A DNA stretch of 64,000 nucleotides from Haliotis rufescens (Eukaryota). Under the pieces are notes generated by a model. It saw only the letters and a list, made by a program, of their open reading frames with translations, had not been told where the DNA came from and made no database searches. A program made the translations under genes and the position numbers. This document shows positions 1 through 16,031 of this stretch, piece after piece (positions within the stretch are counted from its first letter, which is position 1; each line of letters opens with the position of its first letter). The stretch lies in NCBI RefSeq assembly GCF_023055435.1, contig NW_025964372.1, positions 53,940,001 to 54,004,000 on the forward strand, given 5' to 3'.

Positions 1-198
1 CCTTATAGCGAATGGGACTTCTCCCAGGAACCGCTGCCTAGTGAAACCCACCAGAACTTTCCGTAGAATGTGACTCCCAAACACTGCAGCCTTCTGCGCA
101 TTGGTGTCAAAAGGGACAGAAAAATTCAATATAAAAATGATTTCATTGGATTCATCAAAAAGGACAAGATCGCGTTTATTGGCCTGGATACGTCTGAG

Positions 199-390
199 GT
201 AGACTAACATTTAGTCTCTGAAATCTTATATTACACAATATCCTTCTTGACTCTAAACATAAAAAAATTCCCTATGCTGATTTCAGAATATAGCTAGCTT
301 GAGCTGGCTAGACTTGCTTTTGTATGCATTTCTAGATTATTATTTTTTCATAAAATAAATATATTCCACGGTCATGGTGCAGGACTACGT
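199..390 (+). repeat. Old dispersed repeat, copy A (related to 8356-8530)
   Basis: Collinear blocks shared with 8356-8530: tagactaaca(t/c)ttagtc, ctagacttgc, attcca..gtcat(g/a)gtgcaggacta. Confidence 0.55.
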
Positions 391-540
391 CTGAGGCTGT
401 ATACGGGCCTATTCCAAAGAAATTTGTATTTATCATTTTCCATGACGCGCTCGAAATATTCCGGGTCGTACCATGGATGGACTTCTGTGTCAAAACCACA
501 AGCATGGCGAAGACGGTGATAAAATGATCGAGCCAATCCA

Positions 541-712
541 NNNNNNNNNNNNNNNNNNNNNNNNNNNNNNNNNNNNNNNNNNNNNNNNNNNNNNNNNNNN
601 NNNNNNNNNNNNNNNNNNNNNNNNNNNNNNNNNNNNNNNNNNNNNNNNNNNNNNNNNNNNNNNNNNNNNNNNNNNNNNNNNNNNNNNNNNNNNNNNNNNN
701 NNNNNNNNNNNN
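541..712. other. Assembly gap (N run)
   Basis: Run of N. Confidence 1.
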
Positions 713-834
713 ATGCCAGATTATTACATTGAGGTGATGAAGTGGGGTTTGCACTTCTACCAGTTGTCTGTTGGTGGCTGTGTTTCCGCCAACAAACAAC
801 ACATGCATCACCTCAGAAAACCCGAGAGATAGCT

Positions 835-4338
<3,504 letters not shown>

Positions 4339-5205
4339 TTACTCGTAAATACATTCAATGTAGAACTAATGAAACGTGGAACCCACATATAACTTATCTC
4401 ATACAACTTTGGAAACAACTGAGTTGTTTAAGAAATGTAATTGCGAGGCATGATTAGATGCAATAATCATAAAGCTTTCAGTCGAACCCACCACACAAGG
4501 ATGTTTTTGTTCCTCCCAAATTTAGTTCCGACCAGGAAAAAGTATCAAGATTAAATACATAAAACTGCAGTGACAAGTTCCCGTTGGCAGGAACAAGTGC
4601 TTGGGTGTGTTAATGAGCGATGTTCCCGTGTATTGTTAATGTCCAACATGGAAAACAGGGAAACTAATACATGCAAATCCAACACGAATAAACATTATCT
4701 AAAAGAAAAACAAAAGAATATGATGAAAAAAGAAAGTATGAAACAAACCCCGATAGTTAATTAATGATAAATACAAATGTGAAAACATGTAATTATGACA
4801 CAAACGGATAGAATTCAGAGCCCCAAACGCCACCGAAATCTGAAGTACTGCTGCACGAGAATTCCAAGAAATTATACAAAAAAGGCAGTCGCCAGGGAAT
4901 ACCACGGTAGTAGGGTTGAAGTATCCTGAAGACTTAACAGAAAAGGAAAAAGCAAATAAAATCTGCTAACAGAGACATGTATAATGTATAAACAAAACAT
5001 TTTTCTAATGAATTTGGTTTGGGTTTTTTAAAATGTCAATAGGAATTTTCACACATAAAGTATTTGGAAAAACTATATTGCAAGTATGTGTTCCAAATAT
5101 ATATATATATACAAAAATGAGGTAAATGTTCACTCGGTGTACATATGATATATAATAAAATAATAAAGTCCACGTTAGTCCATCATCTTCTTTATATCAG
5201 TTTCA

Positions 5206-5246
5206 TACAAAGTACTTTCGCTGTCTCATGACAGCTCTTCAGTGTT
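5206..5246 (-). ncRNA. Minimal type I hammerhead ribozyme motif (sense to BarH pre-mRNA)
   Basis: Minus strand reads AACA-CTGAAGA-GCTGTC(ATGA)GACAGC-GAAA-GTAC-TT^TGTA. Stem I is 3 bp, NUH=CUU. Confidence 0.7.
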
Positions 5247-5272
5247 ACTGACATTGACATATCACTGTCAGT

Positions 5273-5313
5273 TACACTGAAGAGCTGTCATGAGACAGCG
5301 AAAGTACTATGTA
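5273..5313 (+). ncRNA. Minimal type I hammerhead ribozyme motif
   Basis: TACA-CTGAAGA-GCTGTC(ATGA)GACAGC-GAAA-GTAC-TA^TGTA: stem I TACA/TGTA, core CUGANGA, 6-bp stem II closed by G-C, GAAA, palindromic mini-stem III (AGTACT), NUH=CUA. Confidence 0.8.
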
Positions 5314-5390
5314 TGAAACTGATATAAAGAAGATGATGGACTAACGTGGACTTTATTATTTTATTATATATATATATGCAAGTATGTGTT

Positions 5391-5392
<2 letters not shown>

Positions 5393-5437
<45 letters not shown>

Positions 5438-5735
5438 ATATGTGTATGGATCTATGTGCATGGATATGTGTGTATATGTATTTATTTGTATGCTTGTGTG
5501 TATATTTATATTATTTGTATGTATTCATGTGTGTGTGTGTATGTATGTATGTGTCTATATATATATATAATTTTATGTATTTATATGTGTATTTAGATGT
5601 ATGTATATTATATATCATTTGCATGTATTAATGTGTATGTATATGTGTGTGTATTTATGAATATGTACAAAAACTACTCCGAGTCATCCTATTACTGCTG
5701 TTACTATGTCAAGACGTGTGTGTGTGTGTGTGTCT
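5393..5735. repeat. (TA)n microsatellite and degenerate TA/TG low-complexity tract
   Basis: Pure (TA)n ~5393-5434, then mixed tatg/tgtg and (GT)n ~5716-5732. Confidence 0.9.
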
Positions 5736-5772
5736 GTATTTACGTGTATTACTTAAATACCTTTTAGAAACG

Positions 5773-6978
5773 GACAGACAGACAGTTTATTAAGTGAGAA
5801 GGCCATATGCCCATAATACAGACACAATGGTTGATTGCCTGAACTACGCATGCCAAAATGGAAATTTAATAGTGTATATATTGCAACTGTGTTGTTTTAT
5901 AGATATTTAGGTATTGTGTTCACGCCCAAACTTGTTTGGACTAAGGCACTAAATACTCCTGCTGCACAGAGTAACAAGGCCATTATGACATTATATAGAT
6001 ATCAAAAGAAAGTTGGTAATATACCCTGTCAAGATTTATTTAAGATATTTGATGCTATGATTGTGCCTATTGTCTGTTACGGTGCAGAAGTATGGGGCAT
6101 CTCATATTGTAAAATTATTGAAGACGTACAGAATAAAATGTGTAAATGGTTTCTAAATACAGGTAAAACAACAAACAATGCAATGGTTTTAGGAGAGTGC
6201 GGAAGAGCCCCTCTCCAACTTGTGTATACCGCAGGGCCATCAAGTATTGGTGCAGGCTACTGCGTTTGGACGAGCACAGACTGCCTCGCCAATGCTATTT
6301 AATGCTCAAATCACTGGACCATTCTGGTCGCACCACATGGGCTACTCACATTAAGAACATCTTGTTTAAATTAGATTTTGGATATGTATGGTTAACACAA
6401 GCTGTTGGCAATGTGATGATATTTATTCATCTTTTTAAGCAAAGATTATCTGATAACCTTCAACAATCATGGTGTAGTTCTATCAATAGTATATCTGATA
6501 CCTTTTATTATTAACATTTTAAATCCATGTTAAATGTGGAAAAATATCTTACACTCCCCATACCAATACATCTGAGAATATGTATGACTCGTTTCAGATG
6601 TAGCAAGTTTAAACTTGCAATTGACTTGGGGAGATACACAAATGTCCCATACACTGAACGATTATGTAAATATTGCATAGAAAATGGTATATCTTTTATT
6701 GACGATGAATTTCATGTTTTACTTGAGCGTTATTCAGCCCTAAGAAATATGTATCTTAAACAGTATATCACGTTTCAAACTGTAACATCTTTTACTGAAA
6801 TTATTTCATCAGAAAACTTTGATGTTGTATATAACACATGTTTATATCTATATAAAGTCCAATGGCGAAGAGAAACTTAAATCGATTACTTCCTTGGCAT
6901 GCGTAGTTCATGCAATCAACCATTGTCTGTATTATGGGCCTATGGCCTTCTTACTGAATAAACTGTCTGTCTGTCTGT
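5773..6978 (+). mobile_element. 5'-truncated RTEX-like non-LTR retrotransposon relic with inverted copy of its own 3' end at the 5' side
   Basis: Frameshifted ORFs 5857-6880 with YRYLG, PIVCYGAEVWG, MVLGECGR, TRFRCSKFKLAIDLGRY..ERLCKYC..DDEFHVLL (LINE RT C-terminus). Tail aataaa(ctgt)n. 5773-5856 is the reverse complement of 6894-6978. Flanks cttttagaaacg / cttttaaaaacg. Confidence 0.85.
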
Positions 6979-7019
6979 CTTTTAAAAACGTCCTGTGTGT
7001 CTATAGGCCGCCTTGTTTC

Positions 7020-7532
7020 GGACGTTCATACTTCATAAACAAATGCATGTCATATAGTCAGACGTTCACACTTCATAAACAAATGCATGTTATATAGTCA
7101 GACGTTCATACTTCATAAACAAATGCATGTCATAAAGTCAGACGTTCATACTTCATTAACAAATGCATGTCATATAGTCAGACGTTCTTACTTCATAAAC
7201 AAATGCATGTCATATAGTCAGACGTTCATACTTCATAAACAAATGCATGTTATATAGTCAGACGTTCTTACTTCATAAACAAATGCATGTCATAAAGTCT
7301 GAGGTTCATACTTCATACACAAATGCATGTCATATAGTCAGACGTTCTTACTTCATAAACAAATGCATGTCATATAGTCAGACGTTCATACTTCATAAAC
7401 AAATGCATGTCATATAGTCAGACGTTCATATTTCATAAACAAATGCATGTCATATAGTCAGACGTTCCAACTTCATAAACAAATGCATGTCATATAGTCA
7501 GACGTTCATACTTCATAAACAAATGCATGTCA
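7020..7532. repeat. 40-bp minisatellite, ~13 copies
   Basis: Unit gacgttcatacttcataaacaaatgcatgtcatatagtca. Confidence 0.97.
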
Positions 7533-8355
7533 GTGTTTGGATGCCAGCACTGTATTCACTGATGACAATTCAACACTTTAAAAGCATAAAGTTGACGATA
7601 ACAACATAAAGTGGTCTAATCACACATGGGAGTCACACGATAATGTTTGGGGTTCAGCACCAAGATGTTCGTATGAAGATACCGACAGCTAGATTGTTCA
7701 TGTAAGTCTCACCTCGTTACAATAACTATGAAGTAACGAAACACATATAACTATTGAGTTACAATTGTAACGAGCCACTCTTAACAGGGTTACAAGCGAC
7801 TGATATGAATACAAGTTAATACAGATACAGGAATGAACGTCCTGTGTACGCATCACTAATATTGGTCAAGTTATTTTGTATGGAGACTAGATATTTGGTT
7901 AAGCTTCATCTGCAGAACTAGATATTTTTTCGAATTAAAACTTTGAGCCCAAATATTTTATCTTGCGACAAGGTCTTTTTTATGGCCAACCATGTCTTTG
8001 GTTTTCAACAATCAGAAGCAAAATTTTATTTTCAGGCATTTTCTGGGACGATATTTGTTTTTCGTTAACATTTAATGATTTATTAGAGAAATAATTTGCA
8101 ACTGGTTCGGGTGAACAAAAATCTTGATTCCGATAACTGAAGTTTGGTCTGAATAGGACAAACAATTATAGAATATATGGCTCCTTCTAAAATATGGTGA
8201 TCGCAACATTTAAGGATCATTTCACAATGTACGTTTCCGAGTACAATCGTCTTCTGGTCCGGGAGTGCCACAACGTGGAGTTGTACATTGAATCTAAGTA
8301 CTTTCAAATTTGCTGTTAGTTCTCAATTTATTCAGTTTATTTTTTTTCAAATTCC

Positions 8356-8530
8356 TAGACTAACACTTAGTCAATGAAAACACTTGTCTTTTATTTAGTT
8401 ATTTTCTTCGAAAGAACCTTTCTCCTTCTGCTGTTTTATCAAGCAAACTAGACTAGGATAGTTTGATCTAGACTTGCCTAAAAAAGATTGCCTAAAAAAT
8501 ATAAATTCCAAAGTCATAGTGCAGGACTAT
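8356..8530 (+). repeat. Old dispersed repeat, copy B (related to 199-390)
   Basis: Same collinear blocks as 199-390. Confidence 0.55.
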
Positions 8531-8796
8531 CACATTCCTTGCAGTAGCTAATATATGTTTCAGGTTTTGAAATCTTAATATGATACATAAAATATAGTAA
8601 ATCGAAGCAGTTGCTGAAATATTTGTTTGAGAGTGTTTCAAGACATACATTTGTTTCTGACAAATGAGGACACATTATTCTTTCCAGTATTTTCGGAAAA
8701 GATTATTTTTTATAAAAATCCAAAAAGAAAGATATCTCAATTACAGCTAGAGGTTCTACTTCGCGTATGCAATGCCGACTTCCGCACACGTTCTTC

Positions 8797-11700
8797 CCTG
8801 CTGTCGTGTTGTGTTTACTGGACACTACTGTCGTGTTGTGTTTACTGGACACTACTGTCGTGTTGTGTTTACTGGACCCTACTGTCGTGTTGTGTTTACT
8901 GGACACTTCTGTCGTGTTGTGTTTACTGGACACTACTGTCGTGTTGTGTTTACTGGACACTACTGTCGTGTTGTGTTTACTGGACACTACTGTCGTGTTG
9001 TGTTTACTGGACACTACTGTCGTGTTGTGTTTACTGGACCCTACTGTCGTGTTGTGTTTACTGGACCCTACTGTCGTGTTGTGTTTACTGGACACTACTG
9101 TCGTGTTGTGTTTACTGGACACTACTGTCGTGTTGTGTTTACTGGACACTACTGTCGTGTTGTGTTTACTGGACATTACTGTCGTGTTGTGTTTACTGGA
9201 CACTACTGTCGTGTTGTGTTTACTGGACACTACTGTCGTGTTGTGTTTACTGGACACTACTGTCGTGTTGTGTTTACTGGACACTACTGTCGTGTTGTGT
9301 TTACTGGACACTACTGTCGTCTAGTGTTTACTGGACCCTACTGTCGTCTAGTGTTTACTGGACACTACTGTCGTGTTGTGTTTACTGGACACTACTGTCG
9401 TGTTGTGTTTACTGGACACTACTGTCGTGTTGTGTTTACTGGACACTTCTGTCGTGTTGTGTTTACTGGACACTACTGTCGTGTTGTGTTTACTGGACAC
9501 TTCTGTCGTGTTGTGTTTACTGGACACTACTGTCGTCTAGTGTTTACTGGACACTACTGTCGTCTAGTGTTTACTGGACACTACTGTCGTGTTGTGTTTA
9601 CTGGACCCTACTGTCGTGTTGTGTTTACTGGACACTACTGTCGTGTTGTGTTTACTGGACACTACTGTCGTGTTGTGTTTACTGGACACTTCTGTCGTGT
9701 TGTGTTTACTGGACACTACTGTCGTGTTGTGTTTACTGGACACTTCTGTCGTGTTGTGTTTACTGGACACTACTGTCGTCTAGTGTTTACTGGACACTAC
9801 TGTCGTCTAGTGTTTACTGGACACTACTGTCGTGTTGTGTTTACTGGACCCTACTGTCGTGTTGTGTTTACTGGACACTACTGTCGTGTTGTGTTTACTG
9901 GACACTACTGTCGTGTTGTGTTTACTGGACACTACTGTCGTCTAGTGTTTACTGGACCCTACTGTCGTGTTGTGTTTACTGGACACTACTGTCGTGTTGT
10001 GTTTACTGGACACTACTGTCGTGTTGTGTTTACTGGACACTACTGTCGTGTTGTGTTTACTGGACACTACTGTCGTGTTGTGTTTACTGGACACTACTGT
10101 CGTGTTGTGATTACTGGACACTACTGTCGTCTAGTGTTTACTGGACACTACTGTCGTGTTGTGTTTACTGGACACTACTGTCGTGTTGTGTTTACTGGAC
10201 ACTACTGTCGTGTTGTGTTTACTGGACACTACTGTCGTGTTGTGTTTACTGGACACTACTGTCGTGTTGTGTTTACTGGACACTACTGTCGTGTTGTGAT
10301 TACTGGACACTACTGTCGTCTAGTGTTTACTGGACACTACTGTCGTGTTGTGTTTACTGGACCCTACTGTCGTCTAGTGTTTACTGGACACTACTGTCGT
10401 GTTGTGTTTACTGGACACTACTGTCGTGTTGTGTTTACTGGACACTACTGTCGTCTAGTGTTTACTGGACACTACTGTCGTCTAGTGTTTACTGGACCCT
10501 ACTGTCGTGTTGTGTTTACTGGACCCTACTGTCGTGTTGTGTTTACTGGACACTACTGTCGTGTTGTGTTTACTGGACACTACTGTCGTGTTGTGTTTAC
10601 TGGACACTACTGTCGTGTTGTGTTTACTGGGCACTACTGTCGTGTTGTGTTTACTGGACACTACTGTCGTGTTGTGTTTACTGGACCCTACTGTCGTGTT
10701 GTGTTTACTGGACACTACTGTCGTCTAGTGTTTACTGGACACTACTGTCGTGTTGTGTTTACTGGACACTACTGTCGTGTTGTGTTTACTGGACACTACT
10801 GTCGTGTTGTGTTTACTGGACACTACTGTCGTGTTGTGTTTACTGGGCACTACTGTCGTGTTGTGTTTACTGGACACTACTGTCGTGTTGTGTTTACTGG
10901 ACCCTACTGTCGTGTTGTGTTTACTGGACACTACTGTCGTCTAGTGTTTACTGGACACTACTGTCGTGTTGTGTTTACTGGACACTACTGTCGTGTTGTG
11001 TTTACTGGACACTACTGTCGTCTAGTGTTTACTGGACACTACTGTCGTGTTGTGTTTACTGGACACTACTGTCGTGTTGTGTTTACTGGACACTACTGTC
11101 GTCTAGTGTTTACTGGACACTACTGTCGTGTTGTGTTTACTGGACCCTACTGTCGTGTTGTGTTTACTGGACACTACTGTCGTGTTGTGTTTACTGGACA
11201 CTACTGTCGTCTAGTGTTTACTGGACACTACTGTCGTCTAGTGTTTACTGGACACTACTGTCGTGTTGTGTTTACTGGACACTACTGTCGTCTAGTGTTT
11301 ACTGGACACTACTGTCGTCTAGTGTTTACTGGACACTACTGTCGTGTTGTGTTTACTGGACACTTCTGTCGTCTAGTGGTTACTGGACACTACTGTCGTG
11401 TTGTGTTTACTGGACCCTACTGTCGTGTTGTGTTTACTGGACACTACTGTCGTCTAGTGTTTACTGGACACTTCTGTCGTCTAGTGTTTACTGGACACTA
11501 CTGTCGTCTAGTGTTTACTGGACCCTACTGTCGTGTTGTGTTTACTGGACACTTCTGTCGTGTTGTGTTTACTGGACACTACTGTCGTGTTGTGTTTACT
11601 GGACACTACTGTCGTGTTGTGTTTACTGGACACTACTGTCGTGTTGTGTTTACTGGACACTTCTGTCGTGTTGTGTTTACTGGACACTACTGTCGTCTAG

Positions 11701-12788
11701 TGGTTACTGGACCCTACTGTCGTGTTGTGTTTACTGGACACTTCTGTCGTGTTGTGTTTACTGGACACTACTGTCGTCTAGTGGTTACTGGACACTACTG
11801 TCGTGTTGTGTTTACTGGACCCTACTGTCGTGTTGTGTTTACTGGACACTACTGTCGTGTTGTGTTTACTGGACACTACTGTCGTGTTGTGTTTACTGGG
11901 CCCTACTGTCGTGTTGTGTTTACTGGACACTACTGTCGTGTTGTGTTTACTGGACACTACTGTCGTCTAGTGTTTACTGGACCCTACTGTCGTGTTGTGT
12001 TTACTGGACACTACTGTCGTGTTGTGTTTACTGGACACTACTGTCGTGTTGTGTTTACTGGACACTACTGTCGTGTTGTGTTTACTGGACACTACTGTCG
12101 TGTTGTGTTTACTGGACACTACTGTCGTGTTGTGTTTACTGGACACTACTGTCGTCTAGTGTTTACTGGACACTACTGTCGTGTTGTGTTTACTGGACAC
12201 TACTGTCGTGTTGTGTTTACTGGACACTACTGTCGTCTAGTGTTTACTGGACACTACTGTCGTGTTGTGTTTACTGGACCCTACTGTCGTGTTGTGTTTA
12301 CTGGACACTACTGTCGTGTTGTGTTTACTGGACACTACTGTCGTGTTGTGTTTACTGGACACTACTGTCGTGTTGTGTTTACTGGACACTACTGTCGTCT
12401 AGTGTTTACTGGACACTACTGTCGTGTTGTGTTTACTGGACCCTACTGTCGTCTAGTGTTTACTGGACACTACTGTCGTGTTGTGTTTACTGGACACTAC
12501 TGTCGTGTTGTGTTTACTGGACACTACTGTCGTGTTGTGTTTACTGGACACTACTGTCGTGTTGTGTTTACTGGACACTACTGTCGTGTTGTGTTTACTG
12601 GACACTACTGTCGTGTTGTGTTTACTGGACACTACTGTCGTCTAGTGGTTACTGGACCCTACTGTCGTGTTGTGTTTACTGGACACTACTGTCGTGTTGT
12701 GTTTACTGGACACTACTGTCGTGTTGTGTTTACTGGACACTACTGTCGTGTTGTGATTACTGGACACTACTGTCGTCTAGTGGTTACT
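8797..12788. repeat. 27-bp minisatellite, ~148 copies
   Basis: Unit ctactgtcgtgttgtgtttactggaca with few recurring variants (ctag, ccct, cttc). Confidence 0.98.
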
Positions 12789-13944
12789 AAACTCTTTTGT
12801 CGCTTTGCGCTAATGCTAATATTAGCAATTGTACAAGTGGCTATGAAGGCAGTAAACGCATAAGAACTTGTCTGTTTATAGTCTCATTATTGTACGGCCC
12901 CTAATTGGTGTGGTTGTAACGCCAAGCAGATCCACCAGTCACACCTGAAGACGACACCTGTCCAGTAATTAACACACCTGTGAGAGACCGTGTCCAGGTA
13001 AAGGATCCCTGTGTTGTCATCGAGGCACACAACGCAGCACAACGGGGGGAGGGGGGACGTCTTTCACCACAAAGAGATTCACGGATTATCGGGTTTGGGC
13101 GATTAGCTGCACACCGTGTGGCGAGTCGATCTGCAGTGACTTCTTTCAACTGTTCTCGTACTTCTACTCAACTTATCTGATTTCATCGTTGTAGATGGCG
13201 TGGATAGCGAGTCAAAGGCGGGAGGGTAGTTAAAGACAGCATTTAACGCGCTGACAAAACGTTTTACACAGATCCTATTACATGTTTAGGAGGTAATAGA
13301 CATTTAAATTTAGAAAGATAACAGGTTTCGAGTTCTATCCTATTTTCATGCACGTTAGCGACCGGTGGAGAGTGGAGAGTTTGGAGCCGTGCTGTCTTGT
13401 CTTCCAGATAACACTTAACTAAACTCATTGTGCTGGCTGTAGTCGACTATATCTACCCGCATCTCTCGTGTCGTCAGCAATTAGAGGACTTGAGAACAAA
13501 GACTCACACACTGTCTTCACTTACAGCCCGCCAGGACTTCACACGGACAATAAGGAAGACTTAGTGAAAATTGTTGACATTTCTGAGGAAAGTGAGTCAA
13601 CGCAAGTGATATGGTATGTCATGGTCAAAACCTTATCAGACATATCAATAGTATTATTTGGAACAATCAGTAAGAATTAGCGATACTTATAAGGAAAACG
13701 CGAGGTCATTTGTCCGACATCCTTGTTGATGAGCCCCGTCCGACCCGCCCATGTAGACCACGACCAGCACGGGATTCCGTCATTGTCAGAACTAAATCAT
13801 GCATGTGCACACGTCACTGGCCTTCTCCCGTCAACAGGGGATATCCTTCCGCATGCAAATTAAACACCCTTATTGATCGACTTACGACATATGACGTATG
13901 GAGAATTTGTATACTGTGGAAATTGCATCACAAGTTATGAAAAG

Positions 13945-14662
13945 GTGGAGAAACTAGTACCCATCTCATCACACGGTATCAATATATGGAGAAACAAGTA
14001 CCCATCTCATCACACGGTATTAATATGTGGAGAAACAAGCACCAATCTCATCACACGGTATCAATATGTGGAGAAACAAGTACCAATCTCATCACACGGT
14101 ATTGATATGTGGAGAAACAAGTACCAATCTCATCACACGGTATCAATATGTGGAGAAAGAAGCACCCATCTCATCACACGGTATCAATATGTGGAGAAAC
14201 AAGCACCCATCTCATCACACGGTATTAATATGTGGAGAAACAAGCACCCATCTCATCACACGGTATTAATATGTGGAGAAAGAAGCACCCATCTCATCAC
14301 ACGGTATCAATATGTGGAGAAACAAGTACCAATCTCATCACACGGTATTAATATGTGGAGAAACAAGCACCCATCTCATCACACGGTATTAATATGTGGA
14401 GAAACAAGCACCCATCTCATCACGCGGTATCAATATGTGGAGAAAGAAGCACCCATCTCATCACACGGTATCAATATGTGGAGAAACAAGTACCAATCTC
14501 ATCACACGGTATCAATATGTGGAGAAACAAGTACCCATCTCATCACACGGTATCAATATGTGGAGAAACAAGCACCCATCTCATCACACGGTATCAATAT
14601 GTGGAGAAAGAAGTACCAATACCATCACACGGTATCAATATGTGGAGAAACAAGTACCAACA
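13945..14662. repeat. 41-bp minisatellite, ~17 copies
   Basis: Unit gtggagaaacaagtacccatctcatcacacggtatcaatat. Confidence 0.97.
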
Positions 14663-15170
14663 TCAATTAAGTTGTCAGTATCTGGACAAGCGCGCTTCAA
14701 ACATTGTACAAGCTTACAAAACTATAACGCAACACACTGAGTAGGATAATTAAAGCCGACATGCACGAGCGTGGTCTCCATCAATCATTTGAAAAGGTGC
14801 ATGTTTGGGTAGAACCCAAACCAGTGGCTGTGGGGTCCGGCGTCCCCCTATGTTGGGCCCAGCTATATACGGTCTTTCTAAATTTTGCCATAAAATAGGT
14901 GACCAGATCTAATGTTACAGGTGGAACATTGTTGCGGACCCGTGCGGGGAATGTGGAAGGGGTATCTGCCGTGCAAGGGGGCATTTGGTGGTAGAAAGTA
15001 TTTCTGCAGATACAATCAGCTGGCGGTTACCAATACATTTCTCTGTCACACTGACGGAGGGAAAGATGGCGTTGATAAGCCCTGGAATCATGCCCCAACC
15101 GTCTCCTCCCCCACCCACCTCGCCAACAGTATTCCAAGGGCATAAGATGCTACCCTAACCCCTCGCCCAA

Positions 15171-15174
<4 letters not shown>

Positions 15175-15204
<30 letters not shown>

Positions 15205-15222
15205 ACACACACACACACACAC
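15175..15222. repeat. Poly-C tract followed by (CA)n
   Basis: ~29 C then (AC)n. Confidence 0.9.
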
Positions 15223-15884
15223 TCCCACCCCAACCCTATCTTATCCACAGTAACAACAAGGACACCATCACACCCGCCCTGCTGCTCAATTCCTCACCAC
15301 AACTCTCAATTCGCATTCACCCGCCCAATCCCATATCGCTGTGCCTCCAGTCCTGACCCCCACCCCTATCCCCACCCCTATCCCCACCCCTGCCGCTCCC
15401 GGGGGTGGTGTTGTACGCATTGACTGACCACCCAGCCTGGCGACGTAGAGGAGTCCGCCACAGCGCCGCGGCCGGTCGCGGGTAGCAGGTTCTACCCGGG
15501 GGTGCGAGGTGACCCTCCCGGGTACGTATCGGGTTGAGGGGGATCAGCCACACCGGCGCGATGTTGGCTTGTGTGATATGTGCCCGCTCCGCACGCTATA
15601 GATCAGTTAGAATTGGCTTTCCTCAACAACTGCTCGGCGATTTGTCAACTTACAGGGTCGTTTGACTTGAATATCGACAATCATTTCCTCGAGTTGGCAA
15701 CTTAGGATCTGTCGACAAATAACGAGGAAATGGTATGTTGGCATGCGGGGGCAAAGACATACCTCGGTGTGTGGGGTGGGGGAGCGCTGGCTTCAGGTCA
15801 GGATGAAGAAAAGGAAACCTCTGTAAATTAGATGTTTTTCATTTGTTGTAGCAGAGACCATATAATAGATGATATGGTACCTGG

Positions 15885-16031
15885 NNNNNNNNNNNNNNNN
15901 NNNNNNNNNNNNNNNNNNNNNNNNNNNNNNNNNNNNNNNNNNNNNNNNNNNNNNNNNNNNNNNNNNNNNNNNNNNNNNNNNNNNNNNNNNNNNNNNNNNN
16001 NNNNNNNNNNNNNNNNNNNNNNNNNNNNNNN
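15885..16031. other. Assembly gap (N run)
   Basis: Run of N. Confidence 1.

Larger units (their letters stand above)
5148..5371. mobile_element. 224-bp near-perfect palindrome: head-to-head Penelope-like pseudo-LTR / retrozyme-like relic
   Basis: Arms 5148-5259 and 5260-5371 are reverse complements with ~4 mismatches. Each arm holds a hammerhead core. Lies in (TA)n context, flanked by direct repeat TGCAAGTATGTGTTCCA (5079-5095, 5377-5393). Confidence 0.75.

Noticed and set aside
8627-12863. 1387-aa and 1363-aa ORFs (LLSCCVYWT / HYCRVVFTG repeats)
   Set aside because: Translations of a 27-bp satellite, open in multiple frames, intronic and antisense to BarH, with no domain or splice support.
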